From: an uncultured Deinococcaceae bacterium | Lineage (GTDB): Bacteria > Deinococcota > Deinococci > Deinococcales > Deinococcaceae | Reading direction: 5' to 3' | NCBI GenBank assembly: GCA_964252075.1 | Contig: CAXULY010000009.1 | Location: forward strand, 1-64,000 | Length of the DNA stretch: 64,000 nucleotides | Shown here: piece by piece, positions 29,418-41,238 of the stretch | How positions within the stretch are numbered: position 1 is the stretch's first letter | Layout: every line of letters starts with the position of its first letter | Translations under genes and position numbers: made by a program | The notes under the pieces: generated by a model | The model's input: the letters and a program-made list of their open reading frames with translations, nothing else | Databases searched by the model: none | Told to the model about the DNA's origin: nothing

Positions 29418-30383
29418 ATGACGCGCGCGCTCACCCTGGCCCTGGCCCTGCTGACTGGGGCGGGCGCGCTGCGCGTGAGCGGCACGGCGCCCCCTTGGTC
29501 GAGCGGCGCGACCTACCAGCCCGCCGCGCCGGAAGCGGCGCAGGGGGACCTGCTCGCCGGGCGCACGGACGCGGCCCTCACGAGTCTCCCGCTGCCGGGC
29601 GCGCCTGCGAGGGCCGCGCTGGGCCGCGTGCTGTTCGTGCCGGTCGGCGTGTACGCCGTGACGGTCGCGTACCGCCTGCCGGGCGTGGACCTGCGGCTGG
29701 ACCTGCGCACGCTGTGCGCCCTGCTGGGCGGCGACGTGCGCGTCTGGAATGACCCCCGCCTCAGGCGGCTGAACCCCGGCGCGGACCTGCCTGCCCTGCC
29801 GGTGCTGGCGAGCGCCCTCACGCAGCCGAACGCCGCGAGCCTCACCGTGGCCCGCAGTTGCGTGGAGCTGGGGGTGTGGCCGCCCGCGCGCCTGAAACCC
29901 ACGTGGTCGGCGGGCGCGGTGTACCTGCGCCCCACCCTGGATTTCCTGCAGGGCGACCTCGCGCGGCCCGGCACGCTCGCGGTGTTCGCGCCGAACACCC
30001 TACCGCCCGGCGCGCAGGTGGCGCAACTGCAGGACGCGGCGGGGGACTTCCTGCCGCCCACCCCGAACCTCGGGCTGGACCCGCTGCTGCCTCATATCCT
30101 GCCCGCCCGCCCGGAGGACGCCCTGCCGCCCGCGGACCTGCCGGGCGCGTACCCGCTGCGCGGCCTGATCTGGGCGGCGGTCATGCAGGACCAGGCGTAC
30201 CGGGGGCGCAGCGTGCAGGATGGCCGCGACCTGCTGGCGTGGCTGGAGGGCCTGCGCGCCAGCAGCGACGCCACCTTCGCGGCCATTCCGCCCGCCCTGC
30301 GGCGCCCCATCCGCCTGTACTACAACGGGCAGCCGCTCGCCGCGCGCGCCACCACCGCGACGTCGGGCGCGTCCGGGACGTGA
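29418..30383 (+). CDS. Divergent PstS-like periplasmic binding protein
   Basis: VWNDPRLRRLNPG and GAYPLRG resemble PstS; signal peptide. Confidence 0.65.
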   Translation: MTRALTLALALLTGAGALRVSGTAPPWSSGATYQPAAPEAAQGDLLAGRTDAALTSLPLPGAPARAALGRVLFVPVGVYAVTVAYRLPGVDLRLDLRTLCALLGGDVRVWNDPRLRRLNPGADLPALPVLASALTQPNAASLTVARSCVELGVWPPARLKPTWSAGAVYLRPTLDFLQGDLARPGTLAVFAPNTLPPGAQVAQLQDAAGDFLPPTPNLGLDPLLPHILPARPEDALPPADLPGAYPLRGLIWAAVMQDQAYRGRSVQDGRDLLAWLEGLRASSDATFAAIPPALRRPIRLYYNGQPLAARATTATSGASGT

Positions 30384-30384
30384 A

Positions 30385-31413
30385 TCACACGCTGAGCACC
30401 AGCTTGCCGGACACCTCGCGGCGCTCCAGCCGCGCGTGCGCCTCGGCGGCGCGCTCCAGCGGCAGCACCTCGTCCACCACCGGGCGCAGGCGGCCCTCCT
30501 GCACGAAGCGCAGGACCTTGAAGAGGTCGGCCTTGCTGCCCATGGTGCTGCCCAGCACGCTCAGCTGTCGGTAGAACACCTGAGCGAGCGGCGTGACGGC
30601 CTCGTTCCCGCTGGTCGCGCCGCAGGTGACGAGCGTGCCGCCCCACCGCAGCGCCCGGAGGGTGGTCTGCCAGTTCTCGGCGCCGGTGTGGTCGAGCGCG
30701 ACGTCCACGCCCACGCCGTCCGTGAGGCGCTTCACGGCGGGCCCGTACTCTTCCTCGCGGTAATTGATGACGTCGTCCGCGCCGAGGTCGCGCGCGAGGG
30801 CCAGCTTCTCCGCGCTGCCCGCCGCGGCGATCACGCGCGCGCCCGCGAGTTTGCACAGTTGCAGGGCGTACACGCCCACGCCGCTGCCCGCCGCCATGAC
30901 CAGCACGGTGTGCCAGGGCCGCACCTGCGCGCGGTCGAACACCATCTGGAAGGCCGTGAGGGACGCGAGGGGCAGCGCGGCCGCCTGCTCGAAGCTCAGC
31001 GACTCGGGTTTGGGCAGCACGTTCGCGCGCGGCACGACCACGAACTCCGCGCAGCCGCCCGCGCGGTGCTCCCCGAGGATCTGGTAGTGGCGGCACAGGT
31101 TATCGCGCCCGCTCAGGCAGGCCTCGCAGTGCCCGCAGCTCACGCCGGGGTTCAGCACGACCGCCTGGCCTTCCTCAAGGTCCGTGACGCCCGCGCCGAG
31201 CGCGGCGATCTCGCCCGCCACGTCGCTGCCGAGGGTGTGCGGGAGGGGCAGCTTGGGGCTCGCGGCGCCCCGGCGCACCCACACGTCGAGGTGGTTGAGG
31301 GCCACGGCGCGCACCCGCACGAGCACCTCGCCGGGGCCAGGCTGGGGGGTGGGGACGTCGGCCATCTGCAGCACTTCGGGGCCGCCGCGGGCGGTCATGA
31401 GCATGGCGCGCAT
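30385..31413 (-). CDS. Zn-binding alcohol dehydrogenase/quinone reductase (MDR family)
   Basis: CGHCEACLSGRDNLC; AAGSGVG. Confidence 0.9.
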   Translation of the reverse strand: MRAMLMTARGGPEVLQMADVPTPQPGPGEVLVRVRAVALNHLDVWVRRGAASPKLPLPHTLGSDVAGEIAALGAGVTDLEEGQAVVLNPGVSCGHCEACLSGRDNLCRHYQILGEHRAGGCAEFVVVPRANVLPKPESLSFEQAAALPLASLTAFQMVFDRAQVRPWHTVLVMAAGSGVGVYALQLCKLAGARVIAAAGSAEKLALARDLGADDVINYREEEYGPAVKRLTDGVGVDVALDHTGAENWQTTLRALRWGGTLVTCGATSGNEAVTPLAQVFYRQLSVLGSTMGSKADLFKVLRFVQEGRLRPVVDEVLPLERAAEAHARLERREVSGKLVLSV

Positions 31414-31482
31414 GGGGTGATGCTACGACCTGGCGGGCCTGCGGGCGCGCCTGAGCCTGAACCCCCGCCGGGCGAACGCTTG

Positions 31483-31514
31483 TTATACTGAGTTCAAGCT
31501 TGGATTCGGTTCAA
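31483..31514 (+). promoter_or_regulatory. Two tandem TetR-family FadR-like operators
   Basis: TTATACTGAGTTCAA (31483-97) and TTGGATTCGGTTCAA (31500-14) fit the TTRNACYNRGTNYAA pattern recalled for Thermus FadR. Confidence 0.65.
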
Positions 31515-31552
31515 CAATTGTGCGGCTGCCGTGCGGCCAAAGGAGTGGGCAG

Positions 31553-33250
<1,698 letters not shown>

Positions 33251-33327
33251 GGCGGGAACGGGCGGCGCCGCCCGTTCCCGTCAGACAGTCCTTCTCAGGG
33301 TCGTCGCGCTACACTGACACGAGCGAT

Positions 33328-33708
33328 ATGCCCTATACCATTCTCGTTGCCGACGATGAACCCGCCATCCGGACCATGCTGGAAGTGATTCTTTCCGCCG
33401 ATGGTCACGAGGTCGTGACGGTCGGGGACGGCAAGGCGGCCCTGGATTACCTGCAGAAGGACACGCCGGACGCCATGCTGCTGGACGTCAAGATGCCGTT
33501 CATTGACGGCTTCGAGATCTGCTCGCGCGTGAAGCGCGTCAAGCGGCTCTCGAACATCCCGGTGCTGCTGCTGACGGGCTTTGACGACGACCAGACCCGC
33601 GACCACGCCAAACTGGTGGGCGCGGACGACATCGTGTACAAACCGCTCTCCGGCAAGAACCTGCGCGGGCGCGTCGCGCAACTCATTCAGGCGCGCAAGC
33701 AGCGCTGA
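33328..33708 (+). CDS. Single-domain response regulator (CheY-like)
   Basis: ADDE, LLDVKMP, LLTG, YKP. Confidence 0.9.
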   Translation: MPYTILVADDEPAIRTMLEVILSADGHEVVTVGDGKAALDYLQKDTPDAMLLDVKMPFIDGFEICSRVKRVKRLSNIPVLLLTGFDDDQTRDHAKLVGADDIVYKPLSGKNLRGRVAQLIQARKQR

Positions 33709-33713
33709 GGCTT

Positions 33714-36047
33714 ATGCTCATCGTCTGGCGGATCTTCAAGGTGCTGTGCGCGCTCGTGATCGCGGCGGCCCTCATTGGCGGCGGCGTGCTCGCCACGTAC
33801 GAGGCGAAGTGGTTCCGTGAGCTGCCCGATTACCACGAACTGGACTCCCTCACGCTGGGCGCCACCACGCGCGTGTACGCGCGCGACCTCACGCCGCTGG
33901 GCGCGCTCGTCCCGAAGATCGGGGATGAGCGCGTAAGCCGCACGCTGGTCAGCCTGGACGACGTGAGCCCCTACATGGTGGCGGCGCTGATCTCCAGCGA
34001 GGACCGGCATTTCTTCGAGCATTACGGCCTGGATCCCAACGGCCTGGGCCGTCAGTTCGTGCGCGTGTACAAGAACGAGCGCGTGCAGGGCGGCAGCACC
34101 CTCACGAACCAGCTCGTCGCGAACACCCTGCTGAAGAAGTACGACAAGGCCCGCACCCTGGAGCGCAAGTCCAAGGAGTGGATGCTGAGCGTGCAGGTGG
34201 AGCGCAGCTTCACCAAAGAAGAGATCCTGCAGGACTACCTGAACGTCATTTACTGGGGCGACGGCGGCCCCGTGGAGCTGTACGGCCTGTACTCGGCGGC
34301 GCAGGCGTACTTCGGCGTGACGCCCAAGCAGCTCACGCTCGCGCAGGCGGTGTACCTCACGCGCCTGATTCCGTCGCCGGGGCGTTTCTACAGCAACTAC
34401 AAGGACGTGCGGCCCTACATGCGGGCGCTCCTGAGCACCATGGTGGAGGACGGCTGGATCACGCGCGCGCAGGCGGACGCCGCCTGGAAGGAAAAACTCA
34501 CGCCGCGCGGCTGGAAGGTGCAGTACGACGCGCAGGGCAACCTGAAGAACGCCCGCCTCGTGGACCCCAAGGCCAAGAACCTGCGCGCCGTGAGCAGCGC
34601 GCGCGCGCCGCACTTCATGCAGCAGGTGGAGCAGGAACTCGTGAACCGCCTGGGCCGCGAGCGGGTGTACCAGGTGGGCGGCCTGAACGTGTACACCACC
34701 CTGGACCCGCAGGCGCAGAACGCCGCGGAGCAGGCGTCGCGCAGCGCGAACATCCCGCCCGGCACCACGCTGGGCGCCGTGCTGGAGGACCCCTTCACGG
34801 GTGACGTGCTCGCCATGATCGGGCAGAAGCTCAACGGGGACCAGCCGCCCAGCGAGTGGAACAACGCCGCGCAGGGCAGCAACCAGATCGGCTCGACCGT
34901 GAAGCCGCTGCTGTACACCACGGCGCTCTCCACGGGCCTCGACCAGCTGCACAAGGAAGACGACAAACCCATCAGTTACCCCTGCAAGGGCTGCAAGGGC
35001 GGCGTGTACTCCCCGCAGGACTTCGAGGGCGAGATGACGAACCGTAGCATGACCTTGCGGGAAGCGCTGGACCGCAGCCTGAACCTCCCCACCGTGCGCC
35101 TCGCGGACCGCATTGGCGTGCCCACCCTGAAAGGCAAGCTGCGCGAACTGGGCCTGGAGCCCGCCGACGCGGCGGGCCTCGCGGTGGCGCTGGGCGCCGT
35201 AGAGACCACGCCCGTGAAGCTCGCGGCGGCCTACGCGCCCTTCGTGAACGGCGGCGTGTACCACGCGCCGAGGTACGTCACGCGCGTCACGGACGCCAGC
35301 GGGCAGGTGCTGTACGACGCGGACCGCGACACGCCCCCGCCGCACCGCGTGTGGACGCCGCAGGTCGCGTACCTGGGTCTGGACATGCTGCAGGGCGTCG
35401 TGAACGACCTCAGCCGCGCGCAGGGCGGCCTCGCGTACCGGGCGAAGATTGACGGCTGGCCGGTGGGCGGCAAGACCGGCACCAGCAACGGCCCGAAGGA
35501 CCTGTGGTTCGTGGGCGTGACGCCCGAGTACGTGGGCGCGGTGTGGGTCGGCAAGCAGGACGACAAGCCCATGCCGACGTACTACTACTCCGGCGAGATC
35601 CCCCCGCCCGTGTGGCACAGCATGATGACGGGCGCGCTGGTCGGCAAGGCGCCGCAGCAGTTCGCGGTGCCGCCCGGCATCGGTTACAAGGAGAACCCGG
35701 AACTGCGCAACGTGAAGGTCGCGGTGCTGGACTCCGGCTTCCAGAACGCCGCCAACACCCCCACCGAGACGCAGCCCACCGGGCCGCTGTACCAGGAGGC
35801 GAGCGCGCCCAGCACGGACAGCGACACCATGCTGGTCACGCTGGACCGCCGCACGAATCGCCTCGCGACCGAGTTCACGCCGCCGGAGGACGTGGTGCAG
35901 CGCCGCGTGAACGCCGAGGACCTGCCCGCCTACGCGCCCGACCCCACCCCGCAGGCCCTCACGGACGACCCACCCACACCCACCAGGGGCACCAGTGGCG
36001 CCTCCACCGCGTCCGGCATTCCCGGCGCGCCCGCAAACAGCAACTGA
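33714..36047 (+). CDS. Class A penicillin-binding protein (PBP1A-like)
   Basis: EDRHFFEHYG, GGSTLTNQL, STVK, SLN, KTG. Confidence 0.93.
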   Translation: MLIVWRIFKVLCALVIAAALIGGGVLATYEAKWFRELPDYHELDSLTLGATTRVYARDLTPLGALVPKIGDERVSRTLVSLDDVSPYMVAALISSEDRHFFEHYGLDPNGLGRQFVRVYKNERVQGGSTLTNQLVANTLLKKYDKARTLERKSKEWMLSVQVERSFTKEEILQDYLNVIYWGDGGPVELYGLYSAAQAYFGVTPKQLTLAQAVYLTRLIPSPGRFYSNYKDVRPYMRALLSTMVEDGWITRAQADAAWKEKLTPRGWKVQYDAQGNLKNARLVDPKAKNLRAVSSARAPHFMQQVEQELVNRLGRERVYQVGGLNVYTTLDPQAQNAAEQASRSANIPPGTTLGAVLEDPFTGDVLAMIGQKLNGDQPPSEWNNAAQGSNQIGSTVKPLLYTTALSTGLDQLHKEDDKPISYPCKGCKGGVYSPQDFEGEMTNRSMTLREALDRSLNLPTVRLADRIGVPTLKGKLRELGLEPADAAGLAVALGAVETTPVKLAAAYAPFVNGGVYHAPRYVTRVTDASGQVLYDADRDTPPPHRVWTPQVAYLGLDMLQGVVNDLSRAQGGLAYRAKIDGWPVGGKTGTSNGPKDLWFVGVTPEYVGAVWVGKQDDKPMPTYYYSGEIPPPVWHSMMTGALVGKAPQQFAVPPGIGYKENPELRNVKVAVLDSGFQNAANTPTETQPTGPLYQEASAPSTDSDTMLVTLDRRTNRLATEFTPPEDVVQRRVNAEDLPAYAPDPTPQALTDDPPTPTRGTSGASTASGIPGAPANSN

Positions 36048-36055
36048 GCGTTCGC

Positions 36056-36093
36056 GTGAGTGGCGCCGGCCCGCTGGGGCCGGCGCCACTCAC
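36056..36093 (+). terminator. Long perfect hairpin after the PBP gene
   Basis: GTGAGTGGCGCCGGCCC-gctg-GGGCCGGCGCCACTCAC. Confidence 0.6.
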
Positions 36094-36126
36094 GTTCGCG
36101 TCAGGCCGCCCCCCTAGCATGGGGGC

Positions 36127-36498
36127 GTGAAGTGCGCCCTCGTCCTGTTCGGCCTCCTGAGTGGCGCGGCCCTCGCCACCCCGCGCCTCGGGGACGCGCT
36201 GCCCACGCACCCCTGGACGGACGCGCCGCAGGAACTGATTGTGCTGTACTCGCACGACTGCGGCGACCTGACGCCCCTGTGGGGGCAGGTGCTTGCGACA
36301 AAGCTCCCCGTGCGCCTCGTGAACGCCGAGGACGTGCCCATCCAGGCGCCGAAGGGCTTCAGCGCGTGGCAGGGCGAGGACGCCACGGACTTCTCGCGCG
36401 CCCTGAAGGTCCGCGTGTACCCCACGGTGCTGCTGGTGCAGGCTGGCCGCGTGATGAACCTGTGGGAAGGGACGTTTAGCGCCAGCACCCTTCGCTAG
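36127..36498 (+). CDS. Exported thioredoxin-like protein lacking a full CxxC
   Basis: SHDC and VYPT (cis-Pro loop); upstream of ccdA. Confidence 0.6.
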   Translation: MKCALVLFGLLSGAALATPRLGDALPTHPWTDAPQELIVLYSHDCGDLTPLWGQVLATKLPVRLVNAEDVPIQAPKGFSAWQGEDATDFSRALKVRVYPTVLLVQAGRVMNLWEGTFSASTLR

Positions 36499-36507
36499 AC
36501 TGCGGGC

Positions 36508-37191
36508 GTGAACGCCACGCCCACCCTGACCCTGGCTTTCCTGGGCGGCCTGCTGTCCTTCCTGTCGCCGTGCGTGCTGCCGCTGGTGCCCAGTTACCTG
36601 GGGGTGCTGGGCGGCACCGGCAGGCCCTGGGGGCGCGCGCTGGGCTTCGTGCTGGGCTTCGCGCTGGTGTTCGTGGCGCTCGGCGCGACGGCCAGCACCC
36701 TCGGGCAGTTGCTCATCCCGTACAAGCTGCTGATCGGGCGGGTGGGCGCGGTGCTCATCATCCTGTTCGGGCTCTTCATGCTGGGCCTGATTCCCGTGCG
36801 CGCCCTCATGCGTGACACGCGCGGGAACCTCGTGGGCGCCGAGCGGTACGGCGCTGTGGCGCTCGGCGCGGCCTTCGCGTTCGGGTGGACGCCGTGCATC
36901 GGCCCGATTCTGGGCGCCATCCTGAGCCTCGCGGCGAGCAGCGCCAGCCTGGGGAGCGGCGTGGGCCTGCTGCTCGCGTACACGCTGGGCCTCGCGGTGC
37001 CGTTCCTGCTCGCGGCGGCCCTGTGGGGGCGCCTGAACCTGCGCGCGCTCAACCGGTACAGCGGCTGGTTCGAGCGCATCGGCGGCCTGATCTTGGTGGT
37101 GGTGGGCGTGCTGATCCTGACGGGCGAATTCACGCGCCTCGCGGCGTTCTTCCTGAGCGTCATGCCGGAGTGGATGCGGGAGCGCCTCTGA
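36508..37191 (+). CDS. ccdA: Cytochrome c biogenesis protein CcdA
   Basis: SPCVLPLVP, WTPCIGPIL. Confidence 0.92.
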   Translation: MNATPTLTLAFLGGLLSFLSPCVLPLVPSYLGVLGGTGRPWGRALGFVLGFALVFVALGATASTLGQLLIPYKLLIGRVGAVLIILFGLFMLGLIPVRALMRDTRGNLVGAERYGAVALGAAFAFGWTPCIGPILGAILSLAASSASLGSGVGLLLAYTLGLAVPFLLAAALWGRLNLRALNRYSGWFERIGGLILVVVGVLILTGEFTRLAAFFLSVMPEWMRERL

Positions 37192-37237
37192 ACGCGGTGG
37201 GCTCCCTTCGTTCCCAGATTCGGAATGGGCGCGACGC

Positions 37238-37897
37238 GTGATGGGTGACGCGAGCACCGCGCCGCCCTTCGCGCTGCAACTCCGGGACCTGTGGGTGCGG
37301 TTCGGGCGGGAGGCGGTGCTGCGCGGCCTCACGCTGGATGTGCCCGCAGGCGCGGGCCTCACGCTGCTCGGCCCGAACGGCGCGGGCAAGACGACCCTGC
37401 TGCGCACCCTGGCAGGCGAGCTGGGCGTGGCGCGCGGGGAGGGGCGCGTGTTCGGGTATGACCTGAGGGACCGCCGCAGCGTGCGCGGCCTCACGCACTT
37501 TCTGGCACACGAGCCGGGCTTCTACCCGGACCTCACGGTGCGCGAGAACCTGCAGTTCACGCTCGACATGACGGGCGTGACGGGCGACATCGGGGCGGCA
37601 CTGGAGACCGTGGACCTCCAGCGCGCCGAGGGGCGGCGGGCGCGCGCCCTCAGCGCGGGCATGAAGAAGCGCGCGCAGCTCGCGCGGCTGCTCCTCACGC
37701 CCGCGCCCCTGGTGCTGGTGGACGAACCCTTCGCGAACCTCGACGCGGAGGGCCGCGACATCGCCCTGCAGGTGCTGGCGCGGGTCCGCGCGGGCGGCTC
37801 GACGCTGCTGCTCGCGGCGCACGAGCCGGAACTCGCCGCGCAGGTCGCGCCGGACACCCTGCACGTCATCGCGGGCCGCATCGGGGAGGTCGCGTGA
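37238..37897 (+). CDS. ccmA: Heme exporter ATP-binding subunit
   Basis: GPNGAGKT, LSAGMKKR, DEPFANLD; operon context. Confidence 0.88.
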   Translation: MMGDASTAPPFALQLRDLWVRFGREAVLRGLTLDVPAGAGLTLLGPNGAGKTTLLRTLAGELGVARGEGRVFGYDLRDRRSVRGLTHFLAHEPGFYPDLTVRENLQFTLDMTGVTGDIGAALETVDLQRAEGRRARALSAGMKKRAQLARLLLTPAPLVLVDEPFANLDAEGRDIALQVLARVRAGGSTLLLAAHEPELAAQVAPDTLHVIAGRIGEVA

Positions 37898-38592
37898 CGC
37901 GCCCGCCGAATCCCGGCGGGCCGGGCCTGTGGCGCGCGGCGTGGCGGGTGGCGCGCAAGGACTGGGCGGTGGCGGGCCGCACGCGCGACAGCTTCACGGC
38001 GACGGTGTTCTTCGCGGCGCTCGTGCTGCTCATCCTGGGTTTCGCGCTCGGCCCGGACGAGGGCACCCTGCGGCGCGCGGCGCCCGGCATCCTGTGGAGC
38101 GCCCTGGCGCTCTCGTCCGCCGTGGCGGCGCAGCGGGCCTTCGGGCAGGAGCAGGAGTCCGGCACGCTGGAGCGCCTGCTCGGGTACCCCGTCGCGCACG
38201 AGGCGCTGTACCTCGGGAAGTTCTTCGGGGTGCTGGCGCAACTGCTGCTCCTGGCGGTGGTGGTGGTGCCCGCGACGGCACTCATCTACGGCCTCTCGGG
38301 CCCGTGGCTCCTGATTGCGGGCACGGTGCTGCTGGGCCTCACGGGCCTCGCGGCCAGCACGGCCTTCTACGCGGCCATCACGGTGAACCTGCGGGCGCGC
38401 GAGGCGCTGCTGCCCGTGCTGGCCTTCCCCGTGATCGTGCCCGTGGTACTGGCGGGCGTGCGCGCCACGACGCTCCTCGCGGACGGCGCGCTGGCGAGCG
38501 AGTGGGGCGCGTGGCTGAGCTTCCTGGCGCTGTACGACGCGGTGGCGGTGGTGGCGTCCACGCTGCTGTTCCCCTTCGCGGTCGAAGGATAG
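37894..38592 (+). CDS. ccmB: Heme exporter permease
   Basis: EQESGTLE, LLPVLAFPVIVPV. Confidence 0.9.
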   Translation: MTRPPNPGGPGLWRAAWRVARKDWAVAGRTRDSFTATVFFAALVLLILGFALGPDEGTLRRAAPGILWSALALSSAVAAQRAFGQEQESGTLERLLGYPVAHEALYLGKFFGVLAQLLLLAVVVVPATALIYGLSGPWLLIAGTVLLGLTGLAASTAFYAAITVNLRAREALLPVLAFPVIVPVVLAGVRATTLLADGALASEWGAWLSFLALYDAVAVVASTLLFPFAVEG

Positions 38593-38635
38593 ACCGAACA
38601 TCTGTTCCGGGCTCAGCGGGCGTCATGCTGCGGCC

Positions 38636-39255
38636 ATGACCAACCCCGACCACGCCCTGCCGTCCGCCCAGGTGTGCGAGCTGCGCGCGCAGGCACTGGC
38701 CACCCTGGACGCCGTCCTTTCACCCGAGTGGGAGTTCCGGTATTACTCGTTCAACAGTGCGTGGGCTGAGGGCGAGCGCATGGCGTCCATGCGGGACGGC
38801 GAGGGCAACCACTTCTTCTTGCTGTTCGTGGGCGGCGGGTGCATCTACAAGACCTTCGACCACGAGGCGCCCCGATGGGCCGACGCAAGCACGCGTTTGG
38901 AGACCATAGCTGCGCAGGCTCCAGAGGTGTACCGAGCCTTCTTTGTGGAGCCCGCCTTCATGCTGGAGGACTGGACCAGCGTCGGCTGGTCCGACCCGGC
39001 TCGGGGAGCGTGGGTTCTGCACACGGCGGGCCAGCACGAGGACACGCTGCTCGCCTGATCGAGAGCGGCGACCCCAACGACTACGTCCGCTGGGCCAGCG
39101 ATTATTTTGAGACGGACGTGCCCCTGGAGGCGGTCGAGGCGGTGTTCCGCCACCAGCCGCTCACCCCGGAATGGGCGCGCCAGCTGAACCCCGAGGTGAA
39201 CTGGGCGGAGCTGCAGGCGGACCTGGCCGAGATCGACTACCCCAGCTTCGGGTGA
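38636..39255 (+). pseudogene. Hypothetical gene split by a 1-nt frameshift near 39055 (or sequencing error)
   Basis: The first frame ends ..DTLLA-stop; the protein-like sequence continues in another frame (LIESGDPNDYVRWASDYFE...). Confidence 0.75.
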
Positions 39256-39265
39256 ACCTGGCGGC

Positions 39266-40327
39266 TCACGGGTCGCCCAGCAGTTCGCGCAGGCGCCCCT
39301 CAATCCAGCCCACCAGCGGGCGAATCTGGCGTTCCATGTCCTCGGCGTCCAGGGTGTCGCTTCCGTCGTTCAGGTAGGTGTAGACCAGCAGGCCCGCGCG
39401 CGTCTCGACGGCGCCCGTGAGGTTCAGGATGCGCCAGCCACTTCCGGCCTTCGCGGCCCAGTACCGCTGGCCGGGCAGCGGCGTGGTGGGTGTGCAGCAG
39501 CCGTGCGCGAGCGCCTCGCGGAAGACCGCGCGCGTGGCGGGTTGCAGGGTCACGCCGGGCAGCGTGCGTGCCATCAGGTCCGTGTAGGCCTTCGCGGTGG
39601 AGGTGTTCTGCAGCGCGAGGTCAAGGTCCGGGGTGTAGTCGGGGCCGTGGAAGTAGGTGTCGAGGCGCGCCTCCACCTGCGGCCCGGTGACGGCGCGGGA
39701 CGCCGCGATGAGCGCGGAGGCCGTCTGGAGGCGCGCCTCGAAGGGCTGGTCGGCGTAGCGCTGCGCGCCCGCCCGCAGGTCAGGGCCGAGCACCCCGGCG
39801 CTCAGGCCCGCCTGCGCCGCCCAGAAGGCCTTGGTGGTCAGCAGGATGCTGGTGCAGGCGCTGCGGCCCTGCACGTCCCGCGCGAGGCGGCCCGCGCCGT
39901 GGGTCAGGTGCAGGATGTCGCTGGCGGTGTTGTCGCTCTGCACCAGGGCGCGCCGGGCGAGGTCTCGCAGGGTGTGCGTGCCGACCGGGTGGGCCTCGAT
40001 GCTGCGGTTCGCGGCGGTGGTCGTGAGGGGCGTGTTTAGGTGCAGGGCGCCCCGGTCCACGTCGCGCAGCGCGGCTTCCACCACCAGCGGCTTGAAGAGG
40101 CTGGCGAGGGCGTGGCGTTCGCTGGTGTCGCCCAGCGCCACTTCGCGGCGCACCGCGAGGGTGCGCGGGTCGTACAGCGCGGCGTAGAAGGCCACCCGTC
40201 CGGTCACGACCGTGGGCAGCGGGGCGCTGGGGGCGGGCGCCTGCACGGCGGCCCCGCAGGTGAGGGGCGCGGCGCCCGCGCTGGCGAGCAGGGCGCAGGA
40301 CAGGACGGCGAACCCACGGCGGCGCAT
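39266..40327 (-). CDS. Class A beta-lactamase-like serine hydrolase, exported
   Basis: SLFK, SDN, KAG motifs; signal peptide. Confidence 0.85.
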   Translation of the reverse strand: MRRRGFAVLSCALLASAGAAPLTCGAAVQAPAPSAPLPTVVTGRVAFYAALYDPRTLAVRREVALGDTSERHALASLFKPLVVEAALRDVDRGALHLNTPLTTTAANRSIEAHPVGTHTLRDLARRALVQSDNTASDILHLTHGAGRLARDVQGRSACTSILLTTKAFWAAQAGLSAGVLGPDLRAGAQRYADQPFEARLQTASALIAASRAVTGPQVEARLDTYFHGPDYTPDLDLALQNTSTAKAYTDLMARTLPGVTLQPATRAVFREALAHGCCTPTTPLPGQRYWAAKAGSGWRILNLTGAVETRAGLLVYTYLNDGSDTLDAEDMERQIRPLVGWIEGRLRELLGDP

Positions 40328-40506
40328 GTGCGGGCATTCTGACAGGCGCGGAGCGGCAAAGGTGCAAAGACCGCTTTTTTGGCGGCTGCATCGGGATATT
40401 CGCACTTGCCGGAAGTGAGCTTCGGGTCCATGCTGGAGTCATCGTTCACGCATAGACTGAAGCTCACGACCTCGGTCGGTGCGGAGGACTGCACGAAGGA
40501 GTCAAG

Positions 40507-41238
40507 GTGCTAAAGCGGATTACCTCGGGCCTCGGAATCGTGACGCTGCTGCTCATCGCGGCGAGCCTCGTCATGACCTTCCTGGCTCCACTCGACGCGA
40601 ACCAGGGGAGCCTGGTGCGCCTGATGTTCGTTCACGTGCCCGCCGCGTGGCTGAGTTACCTCGCGTACGGCGGCACCGGGCTGTTCGGCCTGCTGTACCT
40701 CATCACGCGCCGCGCGCACTGGGACCGCCTGGCGCTCGCGAGCGCGGAGATCGGCGTGGTGTTCACGGTGGTGGTCCTGATCGGCGGGATGCTGTGGGCG
40801 AAACCCACCTGGGGTACGTACTGGGTGTGGGAGCCGCGCCTCACCACCACGGCGCTGTCCCTGGTCATTTACGGCGGGTACCTGATCGTGCGCGGCCTGA
40901 TTGACGACCCGCAGCGCCGCGCGCGCGTCGCGGCGGTGATCGGCGTGGCGGGCACCCTGTACGTGCCAGTCAATTACATGAGCGTGTACTGGTGGCGCAG
41001 CATTCACCAGACGCCCACCCTGAAGCTGCTGGGCGGCATCCGCTTCGACGCGGCGCCCATTTATGGCGTGATTCTGCTGGTCGCGACGGTGGCGTTCACG
41101 CTGCTGTACGTGTGGCTGCTGCTGCTGCGCGCGGAGCTCGCGCGGCGCATTGACGCGCGCGAGGAGCGCGAGTTCGGGCTGGAGGCGCAGGACGCCGCCC
41201 TCAGGTCGGACGCGCGGACGGAGGTCCGACGTGGATAA
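40507..41238 (+). CDS. ccmC: Heme exporter/chaperone CcmC
   Basis: HVPAAW, WAKPTWGTYWVWEPRLT, WRSIHQ. Confidence 0.95.
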   Translation: MLKRITSGLGIVTLLLIAASLVMTFLAPLDANQGSLVRLMFVHVPAAWLSYLAYGGTGLFGLLYLITRRAHWDRLALASAEIGVVFTVVVLIGGMLWAKPTWGTYWVWEPRLTTTALSLVIYGGYLIVRGLIDDPQRRARVAAVIGVAGTLYVPVNYMSVYWWRSIHQTPTLKLLGGIRFDAAPIYGVILLVATVAFTLLYVWLLLLRAELARRIDAREEREFGLEAQDAALRSDARTEVRRG

